From positions 953 through 64,952 of the forward strand of contig CAZVFP010000007.1 of assembly GCA_964626465.1 (NCBI GenBank): a DNA stretch of 64,000 nt. The letters are read 5' to 3'. Source of the stretch: an uncultured Bacteriovoracaceae bacterium. GTDB lineage: Bacteria; Bdellovibrionota; UBA2394. A program made the translations under genes and the position numbers. Shown here piece by piece: positions 1-9,632 of this stretch (positions are counted from its first letter, which is position 1; every line of letters begins with the position of its first letter). Under the pieces are notes generated by a model. It saw nothing but the letters and a program-made list of their open reading frames with translations, ran no database searches and had not been told where the DNA came from.

Positions 1-207
1 GTTTTTAGTATTTACGAACGGGTTCAAAAGATCAGAAGCGGCAATGGTATTGCTTATGTTAAAGGATTGATGTGTTCGGGCTGTTTCGTGAGTATCCCGC
101 CTCAATTGGCGTTGATGCTTGATAAAATGGATTCCGTGATTACCTGCCCGAGTTGTTCGAGGATCTTGTATCCCGCAAACGACGCCAATTCGTCGACGGC
201 AGCATAG
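1..207 (+). CDS. C-terminal fragment of a C4 zinc-ribbon protein (COG1579-like); the 5' end lies outside the window
   Basis: Frame +1 is open from base 1 to TAG at 205-207. The tail GIAYVKGLMCSGCFVSIPPQLALMLDKMDSVITCPSCSRILYP carries CxxC...CPxC-RIL, the characteristic terminal zinc ribbon of the COG1579 family. Confidence 0.5.
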   Translation, partial: VFSIYERVQKIRSGNGIAYVKGLMCSGCFVSIPPQLALMLDKMDSVITCPSCSRILYPANDANSSTAA

Positions 208-244
208 GTTAACTTAGCTAAATCATTGAATTCTTTAAAAATCA

Positions 245-273
245 TTGCTCAAGATTTTGAGAATTTGATAATT
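245..273 (+). promoter_or_regulatory. sigma70-like promoter candidate for rnpB (TTGCTC-N17-ATAATT)
   Basis: TTGCTC at 245-250, a 17-nt spacer, then ATAATT at 268-273. This sits about 10 nt upstream of the predicted P1 5' strand of the RNase P RNA. Confidence 0.35.
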
Positions 274-284
274 GTATGTGTTAA

Positions 285-790
285 GAAAGGTAAAGGTGGA
301 TGATCGCTGATTCAAGATCTTCGGGATTTTGGGTTGGAGGAAAGTCCGGGCACCAGGTTTGAAAAACTTTTCAACAGAAAAAGTATTTCAAACTCAAGCT
401 ACCATACAGGTTAACGACCTGGGTCGGGGTGGGATTTATTTCTTACTTCGATACGGAAAGTGGCACAGAAAATACACCGCCGATGGCCCCGAGCTTGTCG
501 AAGGGATCAGGTAAGGTTGAAATCGTGAGGTAAGAGCTCACGGCTTTTACGGGTGACCGTAATCGCGTTAAACCCTATGGGGTGCAAGACCAAGGTTCGT
601 TTTTATAGGCGTGAGTCTATAGGTGGGAGGCTTACCATGATGGCTGCTCCGCGGTTGGCAAGAGGGTAGTCAGAAACGAAGGTCGGTTGCTAGAGGGCGA
701 CAGTAATGTCGCTCCCAGATTGATGATCATCGCCGAAGGGTGCCGCAAGGCATTCATTGGGACAGAACCCGGCTTATAGCCTTTACCTTT
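285..790 (+). ncRNA. rnpB: RNase P RNA (bacterial type A), ribozyme component
   Basis: GGAGGAAAGTCCGGGC (P4 5' strand) lies near 330. The conserved ACAGAACCCGGCTTA is at 762-776. The P1 pairing GGTAAAGG (289-296) with CCTTTACC (780-787) is followed by T8 (788-795). Six-frame ORFs 329..514 and 740..991 fall inside this RNA. Confidence 0.85.
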
Positions 791-793
791 TTT

Positions 794-1609
794 TTAATTC
801 TTTGGATCAACCAGATCCCTGAGCCCGGCGCCAAAAAGTGTGAGGCTCAGCGTGAGAACAAACAATGTCAGACCCGGAAAAACGGCGAGCCACCAGGCGG
901 TCTGGAAGTATTCTCGTGCTTGATTCATGAGTTCGCCGATGCTCGGCACATTGATGGGTTCTCCAAATCCAAGGAAGGAGAGAGCTCCTAGCGCGACCAC
1001 CGTCGATGAAAGATCGAACGGAATATAAATCACAGAGGGAATCCAGGCGTTTGGCAATAGATGCCTGAAAAATATTCTCGAGCGTGAGCAGCCAATGGCC
1101 CGGGCTGCCTGCACGAATTCTTGATTTCTTAGCTTGAGAAATTCAGCGCGAGTAATTCTGCAATATGGAATCCATCCCGTAATCATCATGACGAAAAACA
1201 GAATTCCGTAACTTTGGGGAAAAAACGCGAGCAAGGTAAGTTGCAGAAAAAAGATCGGAAAGTTTCCGATGATTTCAAGGACTCGGGAAAGTATCAGATC
1301 GATTCGTCCTCCAAAGAATCCCATCACTCCACCGAGGATGAGCCCAACGATCGTCGAGAGTCCCACAACGAGAAATGAAAAAAATAGTGCATTTCGAATT
1401 CCATAAACCAACAAAGCAGCGACATCACGACCTATTCGATCGGTTCCGAACCAATGAACTCCCGGAGATTCAAAAATCGATGCATCAATGATGGAGGGCG
1501 TATCTGGAGAAAATCCGACGACGTATCGAAAAAATGGTGTGAAAATAGCAATCGTAATAAACAGGAATACAATACTTCCAGAAATAATCGTGAGTTTCGA
1601 AGCCTTCAT
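794..1609 (-). CDS. oligopeptide/dipeptide ABC transporter permease (OppC/DppC family)
   Basis: Polytopic membrane protein with an EAA-loop-like AARAIGCSRSRIFFRHLLPNAWIPSV. It lies immediately downstream of an OppB-like gene. Confidence 0.85.
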   Translation of the reverse strand: MKASKLTIISGSIVFLFITIAIFTPFFRYVVGFSPDTPSIIDASIFESPGVHWFGTDRIGRDVAALLVYGIRNALFFSFLVVGLSTIVGLILGGVMGFFGGRIDLILSRVLEIIGNFPIFFLQLTLLAFFPQSYGILFFVMMITGWIPYCRITRAEFLKLRNQEFVQAARAIGCSRSRIFFRHLLPNAWIPSVIYIPFDLSSTVVALGALSFLGFGEPINVPSIGELMNQAREYFQTAWWLAVFPGLTLFVLTLSLTLFGAGLRDLVDPKN

Positions 1610-2625
1610 TCTTGGCCCTCAGCCGATTCAAAATTAATACGAGGATCAATTAAGACGTAAACAATATCTGACAAGAAATATCCAAGAAGACTTAAAAAAC
1701 TTGTCATCATAAATGTAGCCATGATCATCGGGTAGTCTCGTTGGAGAATGGATTCATAGGCCAAAAGGCCAAGTCCTGGAATCGTGAAGAGTCTCTCGAC
1801 GATGACCGCACCGCCGAGGATTCCTGGGACCATGCCTCCCACAATTGTTGCGATCGGAATCAGTGAATTCCGGAATGCATGTTTCATATAGACAATCCAT
1901 TCGGAGAGACCTTTCGCTCTCGCTGTTCGAATATAGTCTTGGCTGAGTGCATCAATGAGACTTGCTCGTTGTTGTTGAGTGATGAATGCGAGGCCGCCAA
2001 TCGAGTAGCAGAGGCAGGGTAAAATAAAGTGGTGTGTGCGATCTAAAATTTGATCAAGGAATGAGAGCTTCTCGAAATCGTCCGACTGAATTCCAAAAAT
2101 AGGAAAGAGATTCAAAAAATCGCCACCACCCAAAAATGTAATCAGTAAGATGCCAAGAACATACGACGGCATAGAATACATCGCGATTCCGAGGATTGAA
2201 ATCGAGCCGTCGATCCAAGTATTCCGAAATCTTGCAGCTAAAAGGCCAAGGGGAATTCCTATAAAGAGTGCCACAATGATTGATGTAATGCCAAATGTCA
2301 GCGATACCGGAATTCGCTCCTTGATCTTCTCAATCACAGGCCGGTGGTCGGTAAACGATTCTCCAAATTCTAACTGTGCAATATCTCCAAGCCACAGAAA
2401 ATATCGCGTCACAATAGGCTGATCAAGATGGTAGAGCTTTGCGAGTTGTTCTCGCGCTTCTTCCGTAATTCCCGACTGATCACTGAGCGAGCCAGATGGA
2501 TCGTTCATCAGCTTCATATCCAGTGGCGATCCTGGCGCGAGTTGGATCATAAAGAAGCTGATCAGAGAAATTCCCCACAGTGTGAGAAAGAGGAGCCCAA
2601 TTCTTTTAAAGGTATAGCCTAGCAT
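1606..2625 (-). CDS. oligopeptide/dipeptide ABC transporter permease (OppB/DppB family)
   Basis: N-terminus MLGYTFKRIGLLFLTLWGISLISFFMIQLAPGSP is typical of DppB/OppB. The start is placed at the internal Met (2625), 5 nt after the upstream stop. The ORF-track start at 2679 is probably too long. Confidence 0.85.
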   Translation of the reverse strand: MLGYTFKRIGLLFLTLWGISLISFFMIQLAPGSPLDMKLMNDPSGSLSDQSGITEEAREQLAKLYHLDQPIVTRYFLWLGDIAQLEFGESFTDHRPVIEKIKERIPVSLTFGITSIIVALFIGIPLGLLAARFRNTWIDGSISILGIAMYSMPSYVLGILLITFLGGGDFLNLFPIFGIQSDDFEKLSFLDQILDRTHHFILPCLCYSIGGLAFITQQQRASLIDALSQDYIRTARAKGLSEWIVYMKHAFRNSLIPIATIVGGMVPGILGGAVIVERLFTIPGLGLLAYESILQRDYPMIMATFMMTSFLSLLGYFLSDIVYVLIDPRINFESAEGQE

Positions 2626-2630
2626 TTCTT

Positions 2631-4319
2631 TTATTCTGTGATCGTTGCATATCGCTCTTGGCCAAAGGGTACAAACCATCCGGCGGATTCAGATCCTAAT
2701 TTTCCTAAAGGCAAAACATTTTGAATTCGTTTGTCAGCCAAGAGAAGGGCAGGGCGTTCAAAAATAAAAAGATATGGAGCTTCATCGTGAATAATCTTGC
2801 TGAACTCCTGGTAAATCTTATTGCGCGCCGGTCGATCGAGAGTCTCGCGCGCTCGCTCGAGCAGTCGGTCGACTTCCGGATTCTTGTAGTTAATGCGGTT
2901 CGATCCGCCCTTCTTGGCCTGACTTGAATGCCAGATTTGGTAGGGGTCGCTATCGAGAGAGCTGCCCCAAGCCATCATGATGCTATCAAATTTTCGCTCT
3001 TCGATTTGTTTGATAAACACGGTCCATTCCAGAGTTCGTAATTTCATTTCAATGCCAATCTCCTTCAAGCTCTGTTGATAGAGAAGTGCGATGCGCTCGA
3101 CCTCTGGGTTCCCCGCGACAAACAGAAGCTCAAATGAGAAGGGTTTTCCGTCTTTGTCGAGAAGTCCGTCATTGTTGGAGTCTTTCCATGCGTCTTGTTG
3201 AAGCAAAGATTTGGCGCTGGCCAGGTCATAGGGATATGGCTGGATATTTGGATCTGTGCTGGCACTACCTTGAGGAAACGGGCCGACCGATAGTGTGAAA
3301 ATGCCATCGAATATTTTCTTATTAATCGCCTCACGAGGCATTGCCATTGCGAGTGCTTGCCTTACGCTCTTTGTTTTAAAGAGAAACGAATCTAAGTTCC
3401 ATCCGATAAAACGGTAGCCATTTCCATCGTCGGTATTGAATCTCAGTTTGTAAAATTGTCGTTCAATTTCGGGACCCACAAAGTCTTTCATATACATATA
3501 AGGAGTGGGTTCAATGGTATCAATTTCATGTTTCTTCGTCGCCATGACCGCCACTCGATCATCGGTGATAACTCTGAAGAGAATCTCATTGAAGTTATAG
3601 AATTTTTTATAGTGTTCGTCATTTTTGCCCCAATAATCTTTGAATCGCTTCAGTGAGATTGAACTTCCTGTGTCCCACTTTACGAGTTGGTATGGGCCGG
3701 ATCCGACGGGATTCCGATTCGCCGGAGACTTATTAAAGTCGCCTTGGCCATAAATATGTTTTGGCAGAATATCCGCCAGTCCAATCATGATGAGATTTCG
3801 GAAATATTTTGATTTGAATTTGAATTCAACTTCATAGGGATTACGAATCAAGACGCTATCGAGTGGTCCATAGTAGTTCTGCAGATGGGCGGCATCGACC
3901 TTCGGATTTTTAATTGTGTCAAAAGTAAATTTCACATCGTCAGCGGTGAGCGGTTTGCCGTCATGGAAGTGAATATTTTTTCGAAGCTGAAAAACATAAC
4001 TTAGTCCATCCGGAGAGACCGTCCAGGACTCAGCTATTAGCCCTACGGGATCTCCCGTCATGGTATTATACCGAATGAGGCTTTCAAAAATATGACCACT
4101 TACCTCTCTAGAATATCCGTCTGTTGCGAGTATGGGATTCAGTATCTCAGGATTTGCTTGAAGCCACAGAACCAATCGATCATTTTTTACAGGGTCGAGT
4201 ACCTTCTGTTGACCCAATACCATAGTCTCTTGTGCAGATTGAGTTTGGGTTGTTTTTTTTCTACAGCCAGAAAGCTGAATGCTAATCAAAGCAATCAGAA
4301 TACATAAAAAATGCTTCAT
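2631..4319 (-). CDS. ABC transporter substrate-binding lipoprotein, family 5 (OppA/DppA-like)
   Basis: Signal peptide plus lipobox (MKHFLCILIALISIQLSGC). The 562-aa length and sequence resemble SBP_bac_5 proteins. It is the first gene of an SBP-permease-permease operon. Confidence 0.85.
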   Translation of the reverse strand: MKHFLCILIALISIQLSGCRKKTTQTQSAQETMVLGQQKVLDPVKNDRLVLWLQANPEILNPILATDGYSREVSGHIFESLIRYNTMTGDPVGLIAESWTVSPDGLSYVFQLRKNIHFHDGKPLTADDVKFTFDTIKNPKVDAAHLQNYYGPLDSVLIRNPYEVEFKFKSKYFRNLIMIGLADILPKHIYGQGDFNKSPANRNPVGSGPYQLVKWDTGSSISLKRFKDYWGKNDEHYKKFYNFNEILFRVITDDRVAVMATKKHEIDTIEPTPYMYMKDFVGPEIERQFYKLRFNTDDGNGYRFIGWNLDSFLFKTKSVRQALAMAMPREAINKKIFDGIFTLSVGPFPQGSASTDPNIQPYPYDLASAKSLLQQDAWKDSNNDGLLDKDGKPFSFELLFVAGNPEVERIALLYQQSLKEIGIEMKLRTLEWTVFIKQIEERKFDSIMMAWGSSLDSDPYQIWHSSQAKKGGSNRINYKNPEVDRLLERARETLDRPARNKIYQEFSKIIHDEAPYLFIFERPALLLADKRIQNVLPLGKLGSESAGWFVPFGQERYATITE

Positions 4320-4388
4320 CCCTTAAGACTACGCTTGCGAGAATCCCGGGATCAATCGAAACGATCCGGAACTAGAGCTCAGGGATGT

Positions 4389-4961
4389 TTAAGGCGTCTG
4401 GGGCGGATTGCTTGAAGCGACTTTTGTAAGAAGCTTTGAGCATAGCAGTCGGTCATACATATAAAACGCGCTAGCACCAAGTATTCCCGCAACGAAGTCT
4501 CCAGTATCGAAGGGCAGGCCGCGATTGAGAGATTGTGATAGCTCTGAGACCCCGGTTCCCAAAATTCCAAGCGTGAAGAGTGTTCTGCGAATTCGTTCCA
4601 TGGAGTTGGTTGCGCGCAATTGAGGGGATGCAAAAAGCATTGCTGCCTGCAAACACGAGAGAACTGCGAATGACTTAAAGCCATCGGGTTGATGTAAAAG
4701 AAATAATCCAGGTTCGGCGATTCTTTCACGGGTAGATCTGAGCCCTTCGCTAACTTCCAGCAACATGAACGGCGGAATTGCCTTCAGCATCACATACGGC
4801 ATGATTCGATCGCGCGGTGTTTCGTAGAGGGGGCTTGGATTGGCTTCGCTGCGGTTTTCAGATTGCGCGTTGACAGATGTCAGGCAAATCAAAATGAGTG
4901 CTGCCACCGACGAGGCAAACGTTCTGCCTTTTTTTTCAGAAAGATCTAGAAAGCTGTACAC
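4389..4961 (-). CDS. hypothetical protein, possible secreted protein
   Basis: The ORF has a hydrophobic N-terminal stretch (SSVAALILICLTSVNAQS). No family was recognised. The alternative-frame ORF 4379..4729 overlaps it, so this call is uncertain. Confidence 0.3.
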   Translation of the reverse strand: MYSFLDLSEKKGRTFASSVAALILICLTSVNAQSENRSEANPSPLYETPRDRIMPYVMLKAIPPFMLLEVSEGLRSTRERIAEPGLFLLHQPDGFKSFAVLSCLQAAMLFASPQLRATNSMERIRRTLFTLGILGTGVSELSQSLNRGLPFDTGDFVAGILGASAFYMYDRLLCSKLLTKVASSNPPQTP

Positions 4962-5109
4962 GGTTGATAACAGAGCAATATACGTGCCAAGCTGTGATTT
5001 TGCGAGGGAGGCGGAACCTTTGATATATTCACGGGTTAGCGAGCTTGGTTATGGGGGGAATTTGCTGGGTGCGGCATCTGAGTTGAGGGTCCGCTATCGC
5101 AGTTTTATG

Positions 5110-6474
5110 TTACTGCCTCAGTTTTGGGACGTGATCGATGGTCGCAAGCCAGTCAGGACTGGCTGGTAACGGTTCAAATTCATTTTTGTGATGGGGATTG
5201 GGCAATCCAAAATGCCCACAACTCTTTTGAACGAGTTCTCTGATTCGATGCCGATAAGTATGGGATGTGAAAACACGTTTGCGACCGCGCGCAATGATCT
5301 CCTGTCGATCTGACTCATGTTGGGTATAGTGATTGATGAGTTCCTTGGCTTCAGCCATCGTCCGATAGCTTGCTACTTCGTCTGGTTCAAAAAGAGTGCT
5401 TAAGTCTTTGCGATAATCCGTGAGTGGAAACCCACCAACACCAAGCACATGAAAAATTCTTTCGTGCACATTGTTTACAAACAATTTTTTCGTATAGCAG
5501 AAAACAATTTTGCTCAATGCCCAACAATCATACATCTCACTGTATGAAAGTCGTCGGATCGGGGCAGGGTAGTCAGATAAAATTTTATTCCATGAGCCTT
5601 CTCCGTAAATTTTTACTTTTTCGGGGAGGAGTTCAAATAGTCTTTGAGCGACTTGTGAGTATGAATAGCCGATTAAGCTGCGCAGCCGAATGAGCTGCCG
5701 GCAGTCATCTGGCGCGACGGCAATAGCCTTCTCTAATTTTTTTGCCATCTTATGAGAAAAGTTTCGAAATATCTCGTAGGCTTCAATTGGATTCTGAATG
5801 TCGCTAGAATAAATGGGTAACAATTCACTTCCGAGGACAGAAAAAGTTCGATCTGCATCATCCTCGGTTCCGCCAGTGGCAGATTGAATCTGCACCGCCA
5901 CGTCAGCTGCAATCTGGCTGGAAAAGTATAGACAAAGATCTTCTTTGGTCGATGGAACCGTCTCTTCGACAGTGTTCGAGAATGCGGTTCCTATATAAAC
6001 TAAGTCGCTTGCAAGTGAGGTTTTCGACGAGGCGCTTGGCTGAAAATATTGAAGACGTTCATCCGCTCCGAAAGGCAGAAATTCAGCGTGGAGGTTCTTA
6101 TTTCTGTATTGCTCTGCCCAGTAAGAATCTACGTTAAAGTAATAGATGAACTGTGGATAAGTGCCGAGCTCCCACCTGTTAACAAGGGATGTTCCACCTG
6201 CTAAGTCAGGTTGCTCGTATTCCCACATTGAAATTGGAACCCCAATTTCTTTTAAATAGTTTTCTACTTCTTGAGCATCTCGTCGGATAGCCAAACTTAG
6301 AATGTCGTTGTTAGCGAGAATGATGAGATCTGGCCTAAGGCTCTCTATTTTTTTCTTGAGCAGTTCAAATGGTATTTTTCGATCGTCGGTCTCAACTTCG
6401 TGCCCCCAGAGGCGTAGGATTTCAATAAATGCGTTGAAGCTTGGGTCCACGCTCGTGAGAATAAGAAATTTCAT
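5110..6474 (-). CDS. CgeB-like glycosyltransferase (DUF3880 + GT1-type C-terminal domain), paralog 1 of 3
   Basis: C-terminal block HVLGVGGFPLTDYRKDLSTLFEPDEVASYRTMAEAKELINHYTQHESDRQEIIARGRKRVFTSHTY matches the CgeB family signature (FLLTD...RR...HTY). It is paralogous to 36519..37772 and 37850..39181. Confidence 0.6.
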   Translation of the reverse strand: MKFLILTSVDPSFNAFIEILRLWGHEVETDDRKIPFELLKKKIESLRPDLIILANNDILSLAIRRDAQEVENYLKEIGVPISMWEYEQPDLAGGTSLVNRWELGTYPQFIYYFNVDSYWAEQYRNKNLHAEFLPFGADERLQYFQPSASSKTSLASDLVYIGTAFSNTVEETVPSTKEDLCLYFSSQIAADVAVQIQSATGGTEDDADRTFSVLGSELLPIYSSDIQNPIEAYEIFRNFSHKMAKKLEKAIAVAPDDCRQLIRLRSLIGYSYSQVAQRLFELLPEKVKIYGEGSWNKILSDYPAPIRRLSYSEMYDCWALSKIVFCYTKKLFVNNVHERIFHVLGVGGFPLTDYRKDLSTLFEPDEVASYRTMAEAKELINHYTQHESDRQEIIARGRKRVFTSHTYRHRIRELVQKSCGHFGLPNPHHKNEFEPLPASPDWLATIDHVPKLRQ

Positions 6475-6548
6475 CTACTGCTTAGTCTATCGGAAGGAGT
6501 TGGCAATGCAATTTCGACTTTATTGGGCCGAGAGCTTTGACGCAGTGC

Positions 6549-7766
6549 TTAGGAGGGTTTGCGAAAGGCTCTTTCGATGCGAGAAACGATTTGGTTTCGA
6601 TCGTTGTAGATATTGAGTTGAATCCTCTGAACTGGGTTTTTGCGCAGGTCTTCAGAGATTTCCTGAAGGTAGGTAGTGGTGAGTGGTTCTTCAGAAGATT
6701 TTGTTGTGTCTGGTGTTATAAAATGTCCGTTGAAAATATCTTGCCCGTTTGAAAAGTGAATTCGATAACGAACGATATAGAATTTTTCATGGGGATCCAA
6801 AAGATAGTTTAAAGCAAGTTTTACATATCCATCATTCGATATCTTAGGGTCGAGTTCGTAACTTTTCACATAGAAAAATTTTTCCATTCGTCCTTGATCT
6901 TCTAACTTGAAAAGATTCCATAGCGGACTGGCGTTAGGAATTTGGTAACCCATTTCGGCATCAATCTCGATCATGCGGTCTCGTAGTTTTGTAATTTCTG
7001 GGGCGTTTGGTCTGAGGAAGGCTGCTCGATTTACAGTTGATGCCGCTCGAGAGAGGGTTTGGTTCAGCTCCTGATATTTTTTATCGCGTAGTGCTTTGTC
7101 GGCCTCGTCAATTTGAGATGCTGCGTCCTCTATCAATCTATGAAACTTCGTTTCTGCAATCTTTGGTTGAAGACTTGCCCAGGCTGCTTTGATCTCATTG
7201 ACGTAAAGATTTTCGATGGACCTCAATTCTAGGTTAGCCTTTTCATATTCTGCATCGGCCTCCCGATAGCGTTTTTGTGCGAGAAGAACGTCTCCTTGGT
7301 TTGTAAATATCTTGGAATTATCTAATCGTCGTTTTGCTTCAATCTTTGAGAGAGCTTGGTTAGCTTCTGTGAGCTGGCCTTCGTAGTCTCGGATCGTTAA
7401 AAAGACGGCCTCGCTCTCTTTGAGAAGTTGACTTTGCAGAAGCCCGTTCCCTATTCGGGACAGGACTTCAAGATATTCCTGGATTTTAGACGCGTCCTCT
7501 CGTCGTAGGCTGGGAACAGTTTCTAGATTTTTGTAGGCAGCAAGGAAGTGATCTAGCTTCAAATTTTGGTAGATACGGGTCATTGCCATTCTGTAGTCAT
7601 CTTCGTATTTTCGCTCTTTTTCGAGTGCTTCAATCTTTTTTCTTTCAATTGCTTTTTGATCGAGGTGAATGCGCAAACCAAAAAATCCAAGAACCATCAG
7701 AAATACGAAGAGACAAGAGCTGACGATGATCCATTTGAGATATGATTTTTCGGGGGCGGTTTTCAT
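6549..7766 (-). CDS. hypothetical membrane-anchored coiled-coil protein
   Basis: Single N-terminal TM (WIIVSSCLFVFLMVLGFFGL), then a long charged heptad-like region (EALEKERKYEDDY...). No catalytic motif was found. Confidence 0.5.
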   Translation of the reverse strand: MKTAPEKSYLKWIIVSSCLFVFLMVLGFFGLRIHLDQKAIERKKIEALEKERKYEDDYRMAMTRIYQNLKLDHFLAAYKNLETVPSLRREDASKIQEYLEVLSRIGNGLLQSQLLKESEAVFLTIRDYEGQLTEANQALSKIEAKRRLDNSKIFTNQGDVLLAQKRYREADAEYEKANLELRSIENLYVNEIKAAWASLQPKIAETKFHRLIEDAASQIDEADKALRDKKYQELNQTLSRAASTVNRAAFLRPNAPEITKLRDRMIEIDAEMGYQIPNASPLWNLFKLEDQGRMEKFFYVKSYELDPKISNDGYVKLALNYLLDPHEKFYIVRYRIHFSNGQDIFNGHFITPDTTKSSEEPLTTTYLQEISEDLRKNPVQRIQLNIYNDRNQIVSRIERAFRKPS

Positions 7767-7802
7767 TTCGGGTCTTCAGCTATTATACCGCGACGGAGTG
7801 GT

Positions 7803-9632
7803 TTGATGGATCTTCGACGCTTCTTGTCATTGCGTTCGTTCGCTGAACTGTTTAAATTTCTCCACATGGGGAAACGAAAAGCAGTTAAAACTGCGCAAAA
7901 AAACAAAGAGGTAGTTGATTTGACGCCCATTGCTAAGATCAAAGACAAACATATGAAGCCGCATGGCAAAACGCGTTCAGCAAAAGCGGGTGTTGTCGAG
8001 AATGCTGAATCGCTTGCAAAGAAGCAGCGAGAGATATCGGTATCTGAATTTTTTGCAAAGAATCGGCATTTGCTCGGATTTGATAATCCAAAGAAAGCTC
8101 TGCTGACGGCAGTTAAGGAAGCTGTTGATAATAGTTTGGATGCTTGTGAGGAAGCTCGAATATTGCCTGAGATTACGGTAAAGCTTGTGAGATTATCGGC
8201 CCCGATCAAAGAGGAGCCGACGGAAGCAGTGGACGGTCAGCCAAGTGGTAAGAACCAGAAAAAGAAATCGGCACCTGTTCCATCTGAAAAGTTCGCTTTG
8301 ACGATAGTCGACAATGGTCCCGGAATTCTGCCTGCGCAAATTCCAAAAATTTTCGGTAAGTTACTGTATGGTTCTAAATTCCATCGCTTAAAAATGTCTC
8401 GAGGACAGCAGGGGATCGGTATTTCCGCGGCTGGGATGTATGGACAAATGACAACCGGTGCGCCAGTGCGGGTTATTTCGAAATTACCGAAGAAGGAATT
8501 GGCTCATTTTATCGAGCTTACGATGGATACGAAGACGAATAAGCCGGATGTCTTAGTTGATAAAGAAATCAAGTGGTCTGAAAAGTCAGAGTCGGGGACT
8601 TCTGTTGAAATCACGCTGGAAGGACGCTATCAGCGCGGTCGGCAGTCGATCGATGAATTTATTCTGTTGAATACACTGACAAATCCTCATGCGACGTTTC
8701 GGTATATTGACCCAGACGGACAGGTTTTTGAATATCCGCGTACGGCAGCAGAGATGCCGCCGATGCCACAAGAAATCATGCCACATCCCTATGGCGTAGA
8801 ACTTGGGCGATTTCATCAAATGGTCGCGGATACTTCTGCAAAAACAATGAAAGCCTTTTTGATGAAGGAGTTTTCTCGGGTGTCTGAAAGAATCGCAGAC
8901 GATATCTTGAAGACTGCCGGTCTTAAAGACTTCTCTCTTGCTTCTTCAAATGCTGAAAAAAATTCGAAGGTCCATGAAGCGATCCCAAAGGTAGCAATCA
9001 TGAGCCCGCCAAGCGATTGCGTTGTGCCGGTCGGAGAGAATTTATTGACCGAGACTCTTCGAAATCAAACAAAGGCGGAGTTTTTCACAGCCTTGACTCG
9101 GCCTCCAAGCGTTTACCGGGGAAATCCGTTTATTGTTGAGTGTGCTCTTGCTTACGGCGGTGAGTTAAGAGCGGACGAAGCGATGACGGTATTTCGATTT
9201 GCAAATCGAGTGCCTTTGCAATTTCAACCGGCAGCGTGTGCGACATTAAGGGTGATTACGAAGGCCGATTGGAAGAATTATGGTTTGAATCAGCAGAAAA
9301 ATTCTCTGCCTATTGGTCCCGTCGCCGTAGTGGTTCACGTGGCAAGTGTATGGGTTCCATTTACGTCTGAGAGCAAGGAAGCTATAGCCGACTATCCTGA
9401 AATTAAGCAGGAAATTCGTTTGGCTGTTTTGGAATGCGCTCGGCGATTGAGTCAGCATGTGTCTCGAGAGCGACGAGCAGGCGAAGCTCAGCGAAAAGCA
9501 AATTATATAGATACGTATATCCCTTTTATTGGGGAAGCTTTGCAAGAAATGTTGAAGCTCTCAGATAAAGATAAGGAGAATGTGATCTCTAAACTTCGTG
9601 TGACCTTAGAAAAGGGGAAATTAGATGGCTAA
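7803..9632 (+). CDS. top6B: DNA topoisomerase VI subunit B (GHKL ATPase)
   Basis: FFAKNRHLLGF...LLTAVKEAVDNSLDACEEA (Bergerat-fold N-box), DNGPGI (G1 box) and the transducer region. The lysine-rich N-terminal extension leaves the start uncertain (7803, or Met at 7866). Confidence 0.85.
   Translation: MMDLRRFLSLRSFAELFKFLHMGKRKAVKTAQKNKEVVDLTPIAKIKDKHMKPHGKTRSAKAGVVENAESLAKKQREISVSEFFAKNRHLLGFDNPKKALLTAVKEAVDNSLDACEEARILPEITVKLVRLSAPIKEEPTEAVDGQPSGKNQKKKSAPVPSEKFALTIVDNGPGILPAQIPKIFGKLLYGSKFHRLKMSRGQQGIGISAAGMYGQMTTGAPVRVISKLPKKELAHFIELTMDTKTNKPDVLVDKEIKWSEKSESGTSVEITLEGRYQRGRQSIDEFILLNTLTNPHATFRYIDPDGQVFEYPRTAAEMPPMPQEIMPHPYGVELGRFHQMVADTSAKTMKAFLMKEFSRVSERIADDILKTAGLKDFSLASSNAEKNSKVHEAIPKVAIMSPPSDCVVPVGENLLTETLRNQTKAEFFTALTRPPSVYRGNPFIVECALAYGGELRADEAMTVFRFANRVPLQFQPAACATLRVITKADWKNYGLNQQKNSLPIGPVAVVVHVASVWVPFTSESKEAIADYPEIKQEIRLAVLECARRLSQHVSRERRAGEAQRKANYIDTYIPFIGEALQEMLKLSDKDKENVISKLRVTLEKGKLDG

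Noticed and set aside
329-991. Six-frame ORFs 329..514 (+) and 740..991 (+)
   Set aside because: Both lie inside the RNase P RNA gene. Their 'proteins' (MGWRKVRAPGLKNF..., MPQGIHWDRTRLIAF...) are translations of conserved rnpB helices.
4379-4729. 116-aa minus-strand ORF in an alternative frame
   Set aside because: It overlaps the longer 4389..4961 ORF, which has a signal-peptide-like N-terminus. Neither has homology support, so only the longer one is listed, at low confidence.
5148-5166. Inverted repeat AGCCAGTC-AG-GACTGGCT
   Set aside because: It lies inside the coding region of the CgeB-like gene 5110..6474 and is not followed by a U-run, so a terminator role is unlikely.
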